Assembly (NCBI GenBank): GCA_963520365.1
Contig: CAUQQW010000002.1
Span: forward strand, 37 to 64,036
Direction of reading: 5' to 3'
DNA from: an uncultured Kingella sp.
GTDB taxonomy: Bacteria > Pseudomonadota > Gammaproteobacteria > Burkholderiales > Neisseriaceae
DNA: 64,000 bases
Every line of letters starts with the position of its first letter. Position 1 is the first letter of the stretch. The position numbers and the translations under genes are program-made. A model generated the notes under the pieces. That model was not told the DNA's origin. It saw only the letters and a list, made by a program, of their open reading frames with translations, and did no database searches. Below, piece after piece: positions 9,698 to 18,063 of this stretch.

Positions 9698-11620
9698 TCA
9701 GTCGGTTGGTGCTATCTTGTCCTGTTGGCTGCTGTGGCTTTTGCCCGCTTTCCAGTCGCCCGCGCCGATGGCGGCGGGGTCGTATTGGTAGAACTCGTAG
9801 GCGGTGCGGGTGGCGTTGGGCAGGCGGTTCACGCGCAATACGGGGGCGCGGCTGCCCTGCACGACGCCTTTGCCGTCTTCGATGATGACGGCTTTGATGT
9901 CGGTGTCGCCCCGTTCGATCTGCCAGAAAACGGAATTGTAGCTTTTAAGCAGGAGCACGACGGGCTTGCCGCTGCTTGGCAGGGCGGTTTTCAGGCTGCT
10001 GTCGAGCTTGCTGCTTTCGTAAACTTCGGCGCGGATAACGGCGTAGTTCGGATTGTCGACAAGTGCTTGGGCTTCACTGTCGGGGGCGTTGAGCTGTTTG
10101 GGCTGGGGGTGCAGGGCGAAGCCGACGGTGTGCCAGTGGTTGATGTATTCCACTTCAAGCCGATGCGTGCCTTTGCTGAGTGGTAGGTCAAAGCGTTCGG
10201 CTTGGTTCGGATTGCTTTGCTCGTCTTTCACGGTGCGTTCGTGGACGATTTTGCCGTCCACGCGGATGCGCAGGTCCGCCCAGCTTGAATCGTATTGCAT
10301 ATCCATTAGGGTGTCGGTGGGCACGGTGATGTTGCCCACCCACAGGGCGGCGAATTTTTCGGCGTTGATGTTGTGGAAGGTTTCGTAGGGGTAGTTAATG
10401 GCGATGTGGGACACGGTTTCGCTGGCGACGGGCTTGCCGATGCTGTCTTGGGTGAAGTAATAGGCTTTGAAGCCTTGGGCGGGAACGGCTTCGTTCATCC
10501 GGGCAAACCAACTGGGTTTGTCATCGTCGGTTTTCAGGCTGCCTTGGGACGAGGTCAGGGGGTTACGGTCGAAGGTAACGGCTTCGCTGCCGCCGCACTG
10601 TGCCAAGGCTTTTTGGTGTTCGCTGTCGGTGCGTTGTTTGATTGCTTGCATTCGCTCGTTGGCAAACCACTCTTGTTTGAAATAGCGGCTGTGGTAGAAG
10701 TAATCCACGGGTTTGCCAAACAGGGTTTGCGACAGGTTTTGGATGGGTTCGTAGCTGGGCGTTTTGGTGTTGCAGGAGAGATTGATGCCGCCGATGCAAT
10801 GGCAGCCTGCGGTGAAATAGTTGGTGTCCGGCGGCGCGGTGTCAAGGCGGTAAACGGGGGCGTCGCTGCCGCTGATGGTGCCGATGGTAGGTGTGGCGAC
10901 GATGGCTTTGATGCGCGCGCCTTTTTCAGGCTGCATCACCACGTTCACCAGGTCGTAGGAATTGAGCACGATGATTTGCTCTTTGCTGTCGGCGGGAACG
11001 GGCAGGATGGCGTCGTATTCAAGGTTGCTGTCGATGGGAAAGCCACGCTCGTCGGAAGCGACTGTGTGGTAAACCGTGGCGAAGCGGACGATGTCTTTGC
11101 TTTCGGCTTTGATGTCGGCGGCAAGGGCTTCGGGTGTGCGAGCTTTTTCGCTGGCGGGCAGGAAATTGACGACAACCGAGCCGGCGTGCCACGAAGGTTC
11201 GTAATCCACGCTGACGCTGTGTTCGCCCTTAGACAGGGTGTGCTGCGGGTTGTGGGCGAGGTTTTTTCGGAAATCGAATTCCACATCGTCGATTTTCAGG
11301 CGCACGGGCGCGGCAGTTTGGATGATGACGGCTTCTTCCCGCGACAGGTTAATCTTGCCCTGCCAATGCAGTTGCAGGTTTTCGCCTTGGATTTCTTCGT
11401 ATCCGTAAACAAAGTTAAAGGCGATTTGCGGCACTTCGCCGCCGCTGCGGACGTTTTCAGGCTGCCTTTTATCGGCGTAGCTGAATTGGAACGGCCCGGT
11501 TCGGATAACGGGCGGACGGCTTTTAACGGGTGGACGGTTTTTTTCGCCGCACGATGCGGTAAACAAGACGGCGGCGAGGAGAATGGCGGCGAGGAGAATG
11601 GCGGAGAGCGGTGTTTTCAT
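9698..11620 (-). CDS. Large lipoprotein with two PA14-like modules
   Basis: Lipobox FTASC; FKAYYF...FAALWVGNI...RIRVDGKIV...LSKGTHRLEVEY resembles PA14, with a similar segment in the N-terminal half. Confidence 0.7.
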   Translation of the reverse strand: MKTPLSAILLAAILLAAVLFTASCGEKNRPPVKSRPPVIRTGPFQFSYADKRQPENVRSGGEVPQIAFNFVYGYEEIQGENLQLHWQGKINLSREEAVIIQTAAPVRLKIDDVEFDFRKNLAHNPQHTLSKGEHSVSVDYEPSWHAGSVVVNFLPASEKARTPEALAADIKAESKDIVRFATVYHTVASDERGFPIDSNLEYDAILPVPADSKEQIIVLNSYDLVNVVMQPEKGARIKAIVATPTIGTISGSDAPVYRLDTAPPDTNYFTAGCHCIGGINLSCNTKTPSYEPIQNLSQTLFGKPVDYFYHSRYFKQEWFANERMQAIKQRTDSEHQKALAQCGGSEAVTFDRNPLTSSQGSLKTDDDKPSWFARMNEAVPAQGFKAYYFTQDSIGKPVASETVSHIAINYPYETFHNINAEKFAALWVGNITVPTDTLMDMQYDSSWADLRIRVDGKIVHERTVKDEQSNPNQAERFDLPLSKGTHRLEVEYINHWHTVGFALHPQPKQLNAPDSEAQALVDNPNYAVIRAEVYESSKLDSSLKTALPSSGKPVVLLLKSYNSVFWQIERGDTDIKAVIIEDGKGVVQGSRAPVLRVNRLPNATRTAYEFYQYDPAAIGAGDWKAGKSHSSQQDKIAPTD

Positions 11621-11709
11621 GATGGAACCTTTCGCGGAAAGAAGAGGGGAGGCAGCCTGAAAAAGCGCGGCGGAGGGGGTAAAACGAAAATGATTGGGCA
11701 GCCTGAAAA

Positions 11710-12189
11710 CTATCGCGCGGCAAGCAACACAATCGCCTGCGCTTCAATTGCTTCTTCGCGCCCAAGGTAGCCGAGTTTTTCGTTGGTTTTACCTTTGATG
11801 TTGACGCAGTTTTCAGGCAGCCCTAAATCGGCGGCGATGTTGGCACGCATGGCGGCGATGTGGGGGCGCAGCTTGGGCTGTTGGGCAATCAGGGTGCTGT
11901 CCACATTGACCACGCGCCAGCCTGCTTGTTGCACTATGGCATAGGCTTGGCGCAGCAAATCGCGGCTGTTGGCGTTTTTGTGTTCGGCGGCGGTGTCGGG
12001 GAAATGTGCGCCGATGTCGTTTAACGCGGCGGCGCCAAGCAGGGCATCGGTGATGGCGTGCAGCAGGGCATCGGCATCGGAGTGTCCTTGCAGGCCTTTG
12101 GGATGGGGGATGTGTACGCCACCGAGAATCAGCGGGCGATTGGGCACGAGTGCGTGAACGTCGTAGCCTTGTCCGATGCGTAGGGTCAT
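11710..12189 (-). CDS. ispF: 2-C-methyl-D-erythritol 2,4-cyclodiphosphate synthase
   Basis: [38 protein letters not shown]. Confidence 0.97.
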   Translation of the reverse strand: MTLRIGQGYDVHALVPNRPLILGGVHIPHPKGLQGHSDADALLHAITDALLGAAALNDIGAHFPDTAAEHKNANSRDLLRQAYAIVQQAGWRVVNVDSTLIAQQPKLRPHIAAMRANIAADLGLPENCVNIKGKTNEKLGYLGREEAIEAQAIVLLAAR

Positions 12190-12418
12190 GGGGTGTCCTT
12201 TGTGGTGGGTGGGTTGAGGCAGCCTGACAATGAGTAAAGCTAGAATGGTAAAACGGTTTTCAGGCTGCCTATTTGGGATGCGAATCGGGCGTGCAAAGGC
12301 AGCCTGAAAAGCCATTTAATGCGCAAACGGCAACGCTACACAGCGTGGGTGTGGCGGCGCAACGCCACGCAATGGCGCTCATATCGCGCGGGCAAGGGTG
12401 CAAGCGATTTCAGGCTGC

Positions 12419-12832
12419 CTATTTTGACTGCTCGCTTGCCAACCGCCCCGCCCAAATTCTATCCGCCGCGTCAATCGCATCCGCATCGCGCAACACGCCG
12501 TTGCCAAACCAAACCAGCGCAGGGGCGTTGCTGCTATCGTGTCGCTTGCACACGCGCTGTTCCGCGCCGTTTTCCAGCCATTGTGCGCACCAATGCGTGC
12601 TGCCCGAAACAGGGGTATGCCCGCTTTGCCATTGGTTGCGATGCGCCGCGAGCCAGTTGCGCCAAGCGGTTTGGCGTTTTTCGCCTGCGCGGCGGGCGAT
12701 GGGCAAGGTGCGATTGCCCAAGCTATCGTGGTAGATAATGAGTTGCAGATTTTGCGCGGTGAAGGTTTCGGGTAAGTTAGCTTGGCAAGCGGTGAGTAAC
12801 AATAAAGCAAATAGGGCAGGGCGGTTCATCAT
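12419..12832 (-). CDS. Hypothetical lipoprotein
   Basis: MMNRPALFALLLLTAC lipobox. Confidence 0.6.
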   Translation of the reverse strand: MMNRPALFALLLLTACQANLPETFTAQNLQLIIYHDSLGNRTLPIARRAGEKRQTAWRNWLAAHRNQWQSGHTPVSGSTHWCAQWLENGAEQRVCKRHDSSNAPALVWFGNGVLRDADAIDAADRIWAGRLASEQSK

Positions 12833-12920
12833 GTTTTCAGCGATACGAAATTTACGAAATATAACATACAGCCAGAAAAGGCAGCCTGAAAAAAAGCAAC
12901 GGAAAAAAGCAGGATGCGGA

Positions 12921-12957
12921 TTGAAACAATGTTTCAAATAAGATTGACGTGGCACAA
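12921..12957. promoter_or_regulatory. Candidate operators upstream of ldh
   Basis: Perfect palindrome TTGAAACA-A-TGTTTCAA (12921-12937) and an imperfect FNR-like box TTGAC-N4-CACAA (12944-12957). Confidence 0.4.
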
Positions 12958-13047
12958 GCAAATCACAAAAAATGCGCTTGAAACAGCAAGATAAGCGTAT
13001 CATAATCGCATGATAAATTTTCTCAACAACTTTAAGGATGTAATAAA

Positions 13048-14004
13048 ATGGCAAACAAAGTGAGCAATAAAGTGGTGGTGATTGGCACAGGCGCGGTGGG
13101 AGTGAGTTATGCTTATGCCGCGCTCAACCAAGGCATTGTGGACGAATTGGTGCTGATTGATATTAACGAAAAACGCGTGGAAGCCGAAGCCTATGATTTG
13201 AGCCATGGCGTGTTCAATGGTCCTACTTCAACCGTTGTTAAAGCAGGCAGCTATGCCGATTGTGCCGATGCCGACATCGTTACCATTTGCGCAGGCGTGC
13301 CACAAAAACCAGGCGAAACGCGCTTGCAATTGATTGATAACAACTTAAACGTGTTCAACAAAATTGTTGGCGAAGTGGTGAAAACAGGCTTTAAAGGCAT
13401 TTTCTTGCTGGCGGCTAACCCCGTGGACGTGTTGTCGTATGCCACTTACAAATTCTCAGGCTTCCCCAAAGAGCGCGTTATCGGCTCGGGCACGGTGTTG
13501 GACACCGCGCGTTTGTGCGACGAGTTGTCCAAAGAGTTCAACGTTGCGCCACACAACATCAACGCCTTTATGGTCGGCGAACACGGCGACAGCATTTTAG
13601 CCGCTTGGAGCACCGCCACCATCGCAGGGCAATCCATCAAAGCCTATTTTGATGCGCAACCCAATGGCAAAGAGCGCATGGAACAAATCCGCTACGATGT
13701 AATGCGCGCCGCCTACAAAATCATCGAAGGCAAAGGCGCAACCTACTACGGCATCGGCATGGGCTTGGCACGCATTACCCGCGCCATCTTGCGCAACGAA
13801 CGCGCCATTTTGCCGATTTCTGCATTGGTGGAAGGCGAATACGGCGAGCAAGATGTGTTCATCGGCACGCCTGCGGTAATCGGCAGCAGCGGCATTGTTC
13901 GCATCATTGAACAACCTTTGGATGCCGAAGAAAAACAAAAATTTGCCGATTCCGCTAACGTATTGCGTGGCTACCAAGAAAAAGTTCACGAATACTTGAA
14001 ATAA
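13048..14004 (+). CDS. ldh: NAD-dependent L-lactate dehydrogenase
   Basis: IGTGAVG, AGVPQKPGETRLQL, ANPVD, GSGTVLDTAR, GEHGDS, KGATYYGIG. Confidence 0.95.
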   Translation: MANKVSNKVVVIGTGAVGVSYAYAALNQGIVDELVLIDINEKRVEAEAYDLSHGVFNGPTSTVVKAGSYADCADADIVTICAGVPQKPGETRLQLIDNNLNVFNKIVGEVVKTGFKGIFLLAANPVDVLSYATYKFSGFPKERVIGSGTVLDTARLCDELSKEFNVAPHNINAFMVGEHGDSILAAWSTATIAGQSIKAYFDAQPNGKERMEQIRYDVMRAAYKIIEGKGATYYGIGMGLARITRAILRNERAILPISALVEGEYGEQDVFIGTPAVIGSSGIVRIIEQPLDAEEKQKFADSANVLRGYQEKVHEYLK

Positions 14005-14015
14005 TCAAAACACAA

Positions 14016-14046
14016 AAAACCGCTTGGGCGATACCAAGCGGTTTTC
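14016..14046 (+). terminator. Intrinsic terminator after ldh
   Basis: AACCGCTTGG-GCGATA-CCAAGCGGTT followed by Ts. Confidence 0.75.
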
Positions 14047-14059
14047 TTATTTTCAGGCT

Positions 14060-14212
14060 GAAACCTTTGCAAAACCTACAACCGATGGAACGTCGGCGAC
14101 TCGCCGACATTTTGATAAATCAGTAACACTCTGTTTAATCAGATATTTTTCAGTAAACTCCCGCCTTTTCGTTTTGGATTTCAGACTGCTGTTGGGGTTT
14201 TGCAAAGGTTTC
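14060..14212. mobile_element. MITE-like element with IS1106/IS5-like ends, containing a REP-like palindrome
   Basis: 17-bp terminal inverted repeat GAAACCTTTGCAAAACC ... GGTTTTGCAAAGGTTTC; no transposase. Confidence 0.65.
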
Positions 14213-14266
14213 AGGCTGCCTTTTTTCAGGCTGCTTTGATGCACAACAAAATAGCCAGCGACAATG

Positions 14267-15121
14267 CTATACACCAAACGTATTGCATTGGTTAATATCG
14301 CCCGTTTGCAAACCGCGTTGTAACCACTTTTTGCGCTCGGCAGAAGTGCCATGCGTGTAAGTATGCGGCACAGTATAGCCTTGCGCACGTTTTTGCAAAG
14401 TATCATCGCCCACCGCTTCCGCCGCAACATAAGCTTCTTCAATATCCCCATCTTCAAACAAACCATCTTTTTGCGCGTAATGCCCCCACACTCCTGCATA
14501 GCAATCCGCTTGCAATTCCAGTTTCACCGACAACGCATTGGCTTCTGTTTTGCTCACTTGCTGCTGCATACTGTGCACCTTACCAATCGTGCCCAACATG
14601 GTTTGCACATGATGTCCCACTTCATGCGCAATCACATAAGCAAACGCCGCGTCGCCTTCCGCGCCAAGCTGATTTTTCATCGTGTTGTAAAACGATAAAT
14701 CAATGTATAACTTGTTATCCGCAGGGCAATAAAATGGGCCTGCGCTGGCTTGCCCCGTGCCGCAGCCCGTTTGCGTAGAACCAGAATAGATGCGTAGCAC
14801 AGGCTCTTGATACGTTTTGCCCATTTTCTGGAAATACGCGCCCCATACTTTTTCCGTTTCACGCAATACAACCGCGCTCAGTTTATACAACTGCTGCTCT
14901 TGTTGAGAATATTGCGGACGCTGCGTTTGTTGCTGCTGCGTATTACCAAGCTGGTTCGCCCCACCAACCAAGCCACTCAAATCCACCCCATTATAAGCAC
15001 CAATCAGCAAAATAATGAAACCAATAATACCAAGTGGTTTGCCACCGCCCATGCCGCCCCCACCCGAGCTGCCGCGCGCGTCTTCAATATTGTTGCTGCC
15101 TTCCCTGTTTTGCCAACGCAT
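14267..15121 (-). CDS. Neutral zinc metallopeptidase, YpfJ family
   Basis: MRWQNREGSNNIEDARG; GPFYCPADNKLYIDL; AYVIAHEVGHHVQ; ELQADCYAG; THGTS. Confidence 0.92.
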   Translation of the reverse strand: MRWQNREGSNNIEDARGSSGGGGMGGGKPLGIIGFIILLIGAYNGVDLSGLVGGANQLGNTQQQQTQRPQYSQQEQQLYKLSAVVLRETEKVWGAYFQKMGKTYQEPVLRIYSGSTQTGCGTGQASAGPFYCPADNKLYIDLSFYNTMKNQLGAEGDAAFAYVIAHEVGHHVQTMLGTIGKVHSMQQQVSKTEANALSVKLELQADCYAGVWGHYAQKDGLFEDGDIEEAYVAAEAVGDDTLQKRAQGYTVPHTYTHGTSAERKKWLQRGLQTGDINQCNTFGV

Positions 15122-15178
15122 AAACACTCCATTCAAGAATAAACGAAAAGCCCAAACAAAAGTTTGGGCTTAAATATT

Positions 15179-15254
15179 TGGTGGCCAGAGGCAGGATCGA
15201 ACTGCCGACACACGGATTTTCAATCCGTTGCTCTACCGACTGAGCTATCTGGCC
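15179..15254 (-). tRNA. tRNA-Phe (GAA)
   Basis: GGCCAGATAGCTCAGTCGGTAGAGCAACGGATTGAAAATCCGTGTGTCGGCAGTTCGATCCTGCCTCTGGCCACCA; cloverleaf with encoded CCA. Confidence 0.97.
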
Positions 15255-15319
15255 AAGTAAGCTGCATATTAGAACACAATAAAACTAGGCTGTCAAACGA
15301 ATAAAGAAGCCAAACCTAA

Positions 15320-15685
15320 TTATTTCGTGATGTCCACAATTGCACGCGCTGCGCGACGCGCATCCAGCAGAATCAAGCCCAGTTTCGCACTTTCTTTGGC
15401 TGTTAAGCACAACACATTAGTGCCACCAGCCTGAATCAGCAAGGTGTAGCCCAGCTTGCCTTTAACAATAACTTGTTCCAATTCGCCGCAAGCCAATTCT
15501 TGCGTAGTGCGATTACCCAACGCCAACAATGCAGCAGACATAGCGCCAACGCGATCGGGGTCAATGTTGGCAGGTAAGAGATGCGCGATAGGCAAACCAT
15601 CGGTAGAAATAACGGCAGATGCAGTAATATCAACGGAAGAACTGTTTAAGTCGCTCAGTACGGAAGTTAAAAGTTGTTCATGCAT
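15320..15685 (-). CDS. Roadblock/LC7 (MglB-like) protein
   Basis: SAVISTDGLPIA...DRVGAMSAALLALG...GELEQVIVKGKLGY...LGLILLD. Confidence 0.9.
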   Translation of the reverse strand: MHEQLLTSVLSDLNSSSVDITASAVISTDGLPIAHLLPANIDPDRVGAMSAALLALGNRTTQELACGELEQVIVKGKLGYTLLIQAGGTNVLCLTAKESAKLGLILLDARRAARAIVDITK

Positions 15686-15708
15686 TTTATATTAGTCCAA
15701 TTCAAATT

Positions 15709-16368
15709 TTAAAAATCAACGCCCAAATTATTAGCTGCTTCAACCGTTTTATAAAGTGCGCGCACCAAAGTTACAAAGGCTTCTTTGTGTAATTGTGGTG
15801 TGCCACCTGTTACCAAAATGTATTTGGTTTCGTTTATATAGATGGGGAAGAAGGTTAATTCGCTTTGCCCTGTTGGGTCGCATAAACCCCATGCGTTTTG
15901 ATAAATGTTCAGATTATTCTTAATCAAAAGAGCATGGCGTTCAGACAAACGAATAGCTTCGCTGGCTAAAATAGCAACTTCTTCTGCTGCTTCATGGTTA
16001 AAACCAGAGTTGGCGAAATAGAAGCCATCATGGTCAATCAACAATGCTTTTTGGCTATCGGACAAGTGCGGCAATAAATTTGCCAAAGTATCATCTTGTA
16101 GCTCAAAGTTTTCTTCTGGCGTATCGCCACCATACAAAAATTCAAGACGTTGCAAGCGATAAAGCAAATTCAATGCCGATTCCACATCATGCGTTTCAGA
16201 CCATTCCAATAATTTTTCTTGGGTAATGGGTTGCTGACTATCTGCTCTTAAAATATTAGAGAGCAATGTGCGACTGGCACTCACACTTTTGTTGGCAATC
16301 GCATAGAATGCGCCAGCGGGTGTGATGTGTGGGTATAAATTTGTTTGTAATGAAAGAGTCGATTCCAT
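15709..16368 (-). CDS. Hypothetical protein with a probable C-terminal roadblock-like domain
   Basis: ALLIDHDGFYFANSGF..EEVAILASE resembles the roadblock beta-hairpin/helix; coupled to the GTPase gene (1-nt gap). Confidence 0.65.
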   Translation of the reverse strand: MESTLSLQTNLYPHITPAGAFYAIANKSVSASRTLLSNILRADSQQPITQEKLLEWSETHDVESALNLLYRLQRLEFLYGGDTPEENFELQDDTLANLLPHLSDSQKALLIDHDGFYFANSGFNHEAAEEVAILASEAIRLSERHALLIKNNLNIYQNAWGLCDPTGQSELTFFPIYINETKYILVTGGTPQLHKEAFVTLVRALYKTVEAANNLGVDF

Positions 16369-16369
16369 G

Positions 16370-16909
16370 TTACACCTCTAAACCTGGGTCAATTTGAAAG
16401 AGCATAGCCGTAACAAGTTGTTTTACATCTTCTTCGTTACGCGCATCAACTTCAAATACAGGCACATTGAAACCATTTTGTGCCAAGTATTTTTGGTAAA
16501 CATCAATACCAGGTACGGCGCGAATATCCATTTTGGTTACACCAACCACCAAGGGGGCGGTTTTCAGCAAATCTGCAAAAGAATCTAGAAAGAATTTCAA
16601 ATCTTTTAATGGGTTACCACGGGTATTATCCAGCAGCAAAATCAAGCCCATACTACCCTGGCTTAGAATGTCCCACATAAAGTCAAATCGTTCTTGCCCA
16701 GGTGTACCGTATAAATGGATTTTGGTATTTTCATCTAATTGAATTAAACCATAGTCCATGGCAACAGTAGTATAGCCTTTGCGTACGGCTGTCATATCGG
16801 ATGCGCTAGCATCTGTTTGGATGGGTGGTTCATCGGATAAGGCAGCGATGGCGGTTGTTTTGCCAACGCCTACGGGGCCTGTAAAGATGATTTTATTTTC
16901 TATCAGCAT
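16370..16909 (-). CDS. Small Ras-like GTPase, MglA/CvnD-like
   Basis: G1 GPVGVGKTT, TTVAMDYG, G3 YGTPGQERF, G4 TKMD, G5-like DAR. Confidence 0.92.
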   Translation of the reverse strand: MLIENKIIFTGPVGVGKTTAIAALSDEPPIQTDASASDMTAVRKGYTTVAMDYGLIQLDENTKIHLYGTPGQERFDFMWDILSQGSMGLILLLDNTRGNPLKDLKFFLDSFADLLKTAPLVVGVTKMDIRAVPGIDVYQKYLAQNGFNVPVFEVDARNEEDVKQLVTAMLFQIDPGLEV

Positions 16910-16925
16910 AGTAATCCCTCATTCA

Positions 16926-18059
16926 TTATTTATTCAGCAATTTTTTCATGAGACGGCTCAATAGACCGCCTGTTTTTTGCTGTGTATGTGCTTCGTTTGC
17001 GCGCGCAGCACGTATTTGTTCTGGACGTGGTGTTGCAGATGTGTTCACAGTTGCGCGAGTGGCAGATTGTGCACTTGGCGCTTCATTCACTTGTTGCGTA
17101 ATTTCCAAATAATCTGTCAGATACGTTGCGGCGATATAGTTCAAAATATCCGCCATATCCAAAGGCATCAATTTATAAAGCATATTTAAACTAACCGATG
17201 TTTTGGTTAAGAATGCTGATAAACGCATGGCTTCTGGCAAGGGCGTTAGACGCGTTAAATTGGGCCAGCTTTTTAATTTGAAAACAGTATTGGGATTGAT
17301 TGGATGCACCAGACGTCCGTTCGCTGTCCATAATGCTACTTGCCACATGGTAGATGTAACCGTTGCATTGGCGCGGTCTTGGATGTTGTTTTCATCTGGG
17401 ATGTTTTTGAGTTTGATATTGGGACGCTCTTGGCGGCATAAATCGCGCAGTTGCTCAGGAGGAACGGCAATCCACACGCGCTGCGTAGAAGGGAATATCG
17501 CCAAAATAGGCTTTTCATCAACCAAAAGAGCGGTATTGCGTTGATGCGCCAAAATTTCTCTGAATGAGCCCAAGATACCAACACGAGGATCAAAGCGAGG
17601 AATGGTTACTTCGCTGGAACGATTAGCCGAAGCTGAACGATTAGGTTGCGTTTGCGTGCTAACATTATGCGAAGGCGCTGCTGTTCCTGTGTTTGCCATA
17701 TTGGGGCGAACAACCCAAATGCCATTACCTTGCAATAGATTGCGCAGATTCAAAAAGAGTGAATCAAATTTAATGGGCTTGGGAAGATAGGGAGCTGTTA
17801 CAGCAGGTGGAGATTTTGAGAAAAACACCACAACGCTGCCTGAAAAGTCGTTTTTCGCTTTTTGCCAAGTCGCCAAACCATTTGCACCATCACCATCTAC
17901 GATAACCAGCTCAGGTTTTTCACCAGAATTTGCGCTGATTACTTCGTAGTTGGTTGTGTTGTGCATTTTAAATGCCATCTTGAACATGGCTTGTTGCTGG
18001 TCGTCCATAGCTACAAACAACAACTTCACCGTTTTTACGTGGGGTAAGTCATGATTCAT
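16926..18059 (-). CDS. Receiver-like domain protein with uncharacterised C-terminal domain
   Basis: N-terminal REC-like fold (PELVIVDGDG...YLPKPI), low-complexity linker, WPNLTRL segment, C-terminal LLSRLMKKLL amphipathic helix. Confidence 0.65.
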   Translation of the reverse strand: MNHDLPHVKTVKLLFVAMDDQQQAMFKMAFKMHNTTNYEVISANSGEKPELVIVDGDGANGLATWQKAKNDFSGSVVVFFSKSPPAVTAPYLPKPIKFDSLFLNLRNLLQGNGIWVVRPNMANTGTAAPSHNVSTQTQPNRSASANRSSEVTIPRFDPRVGILGSFREILAHQRNTALLVDEKPILAIFPSTQRVWIAVPPEQLRDLCRQERPNIKLKNIPDENNIQDRANATVTSTMWQVALWTANGRLVHPINPNTVFKLKSWPNLTRLTPLPEAMRLSAFLTKTSVSLNMLYKLMPLDMADILNYIAATYLTDYLEITQQVNEAPSAQSATRATVNTSATPRPEQIRAARANEAHTQQKTGGLLSRLMKKLLNK

Positions 18060-18063
18060 TTTA

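Noticed and set aside
10373..11770. 465-aa plus-strand ORF and many other long overlapping ORFs in the track (e.g. 476-1141, 5470-6234, 31720-32484, 40156-41043, 57684-58316)
   Set aside because: Antisense or alternate-frame shadows of well-supported genes; no recognisable motifs
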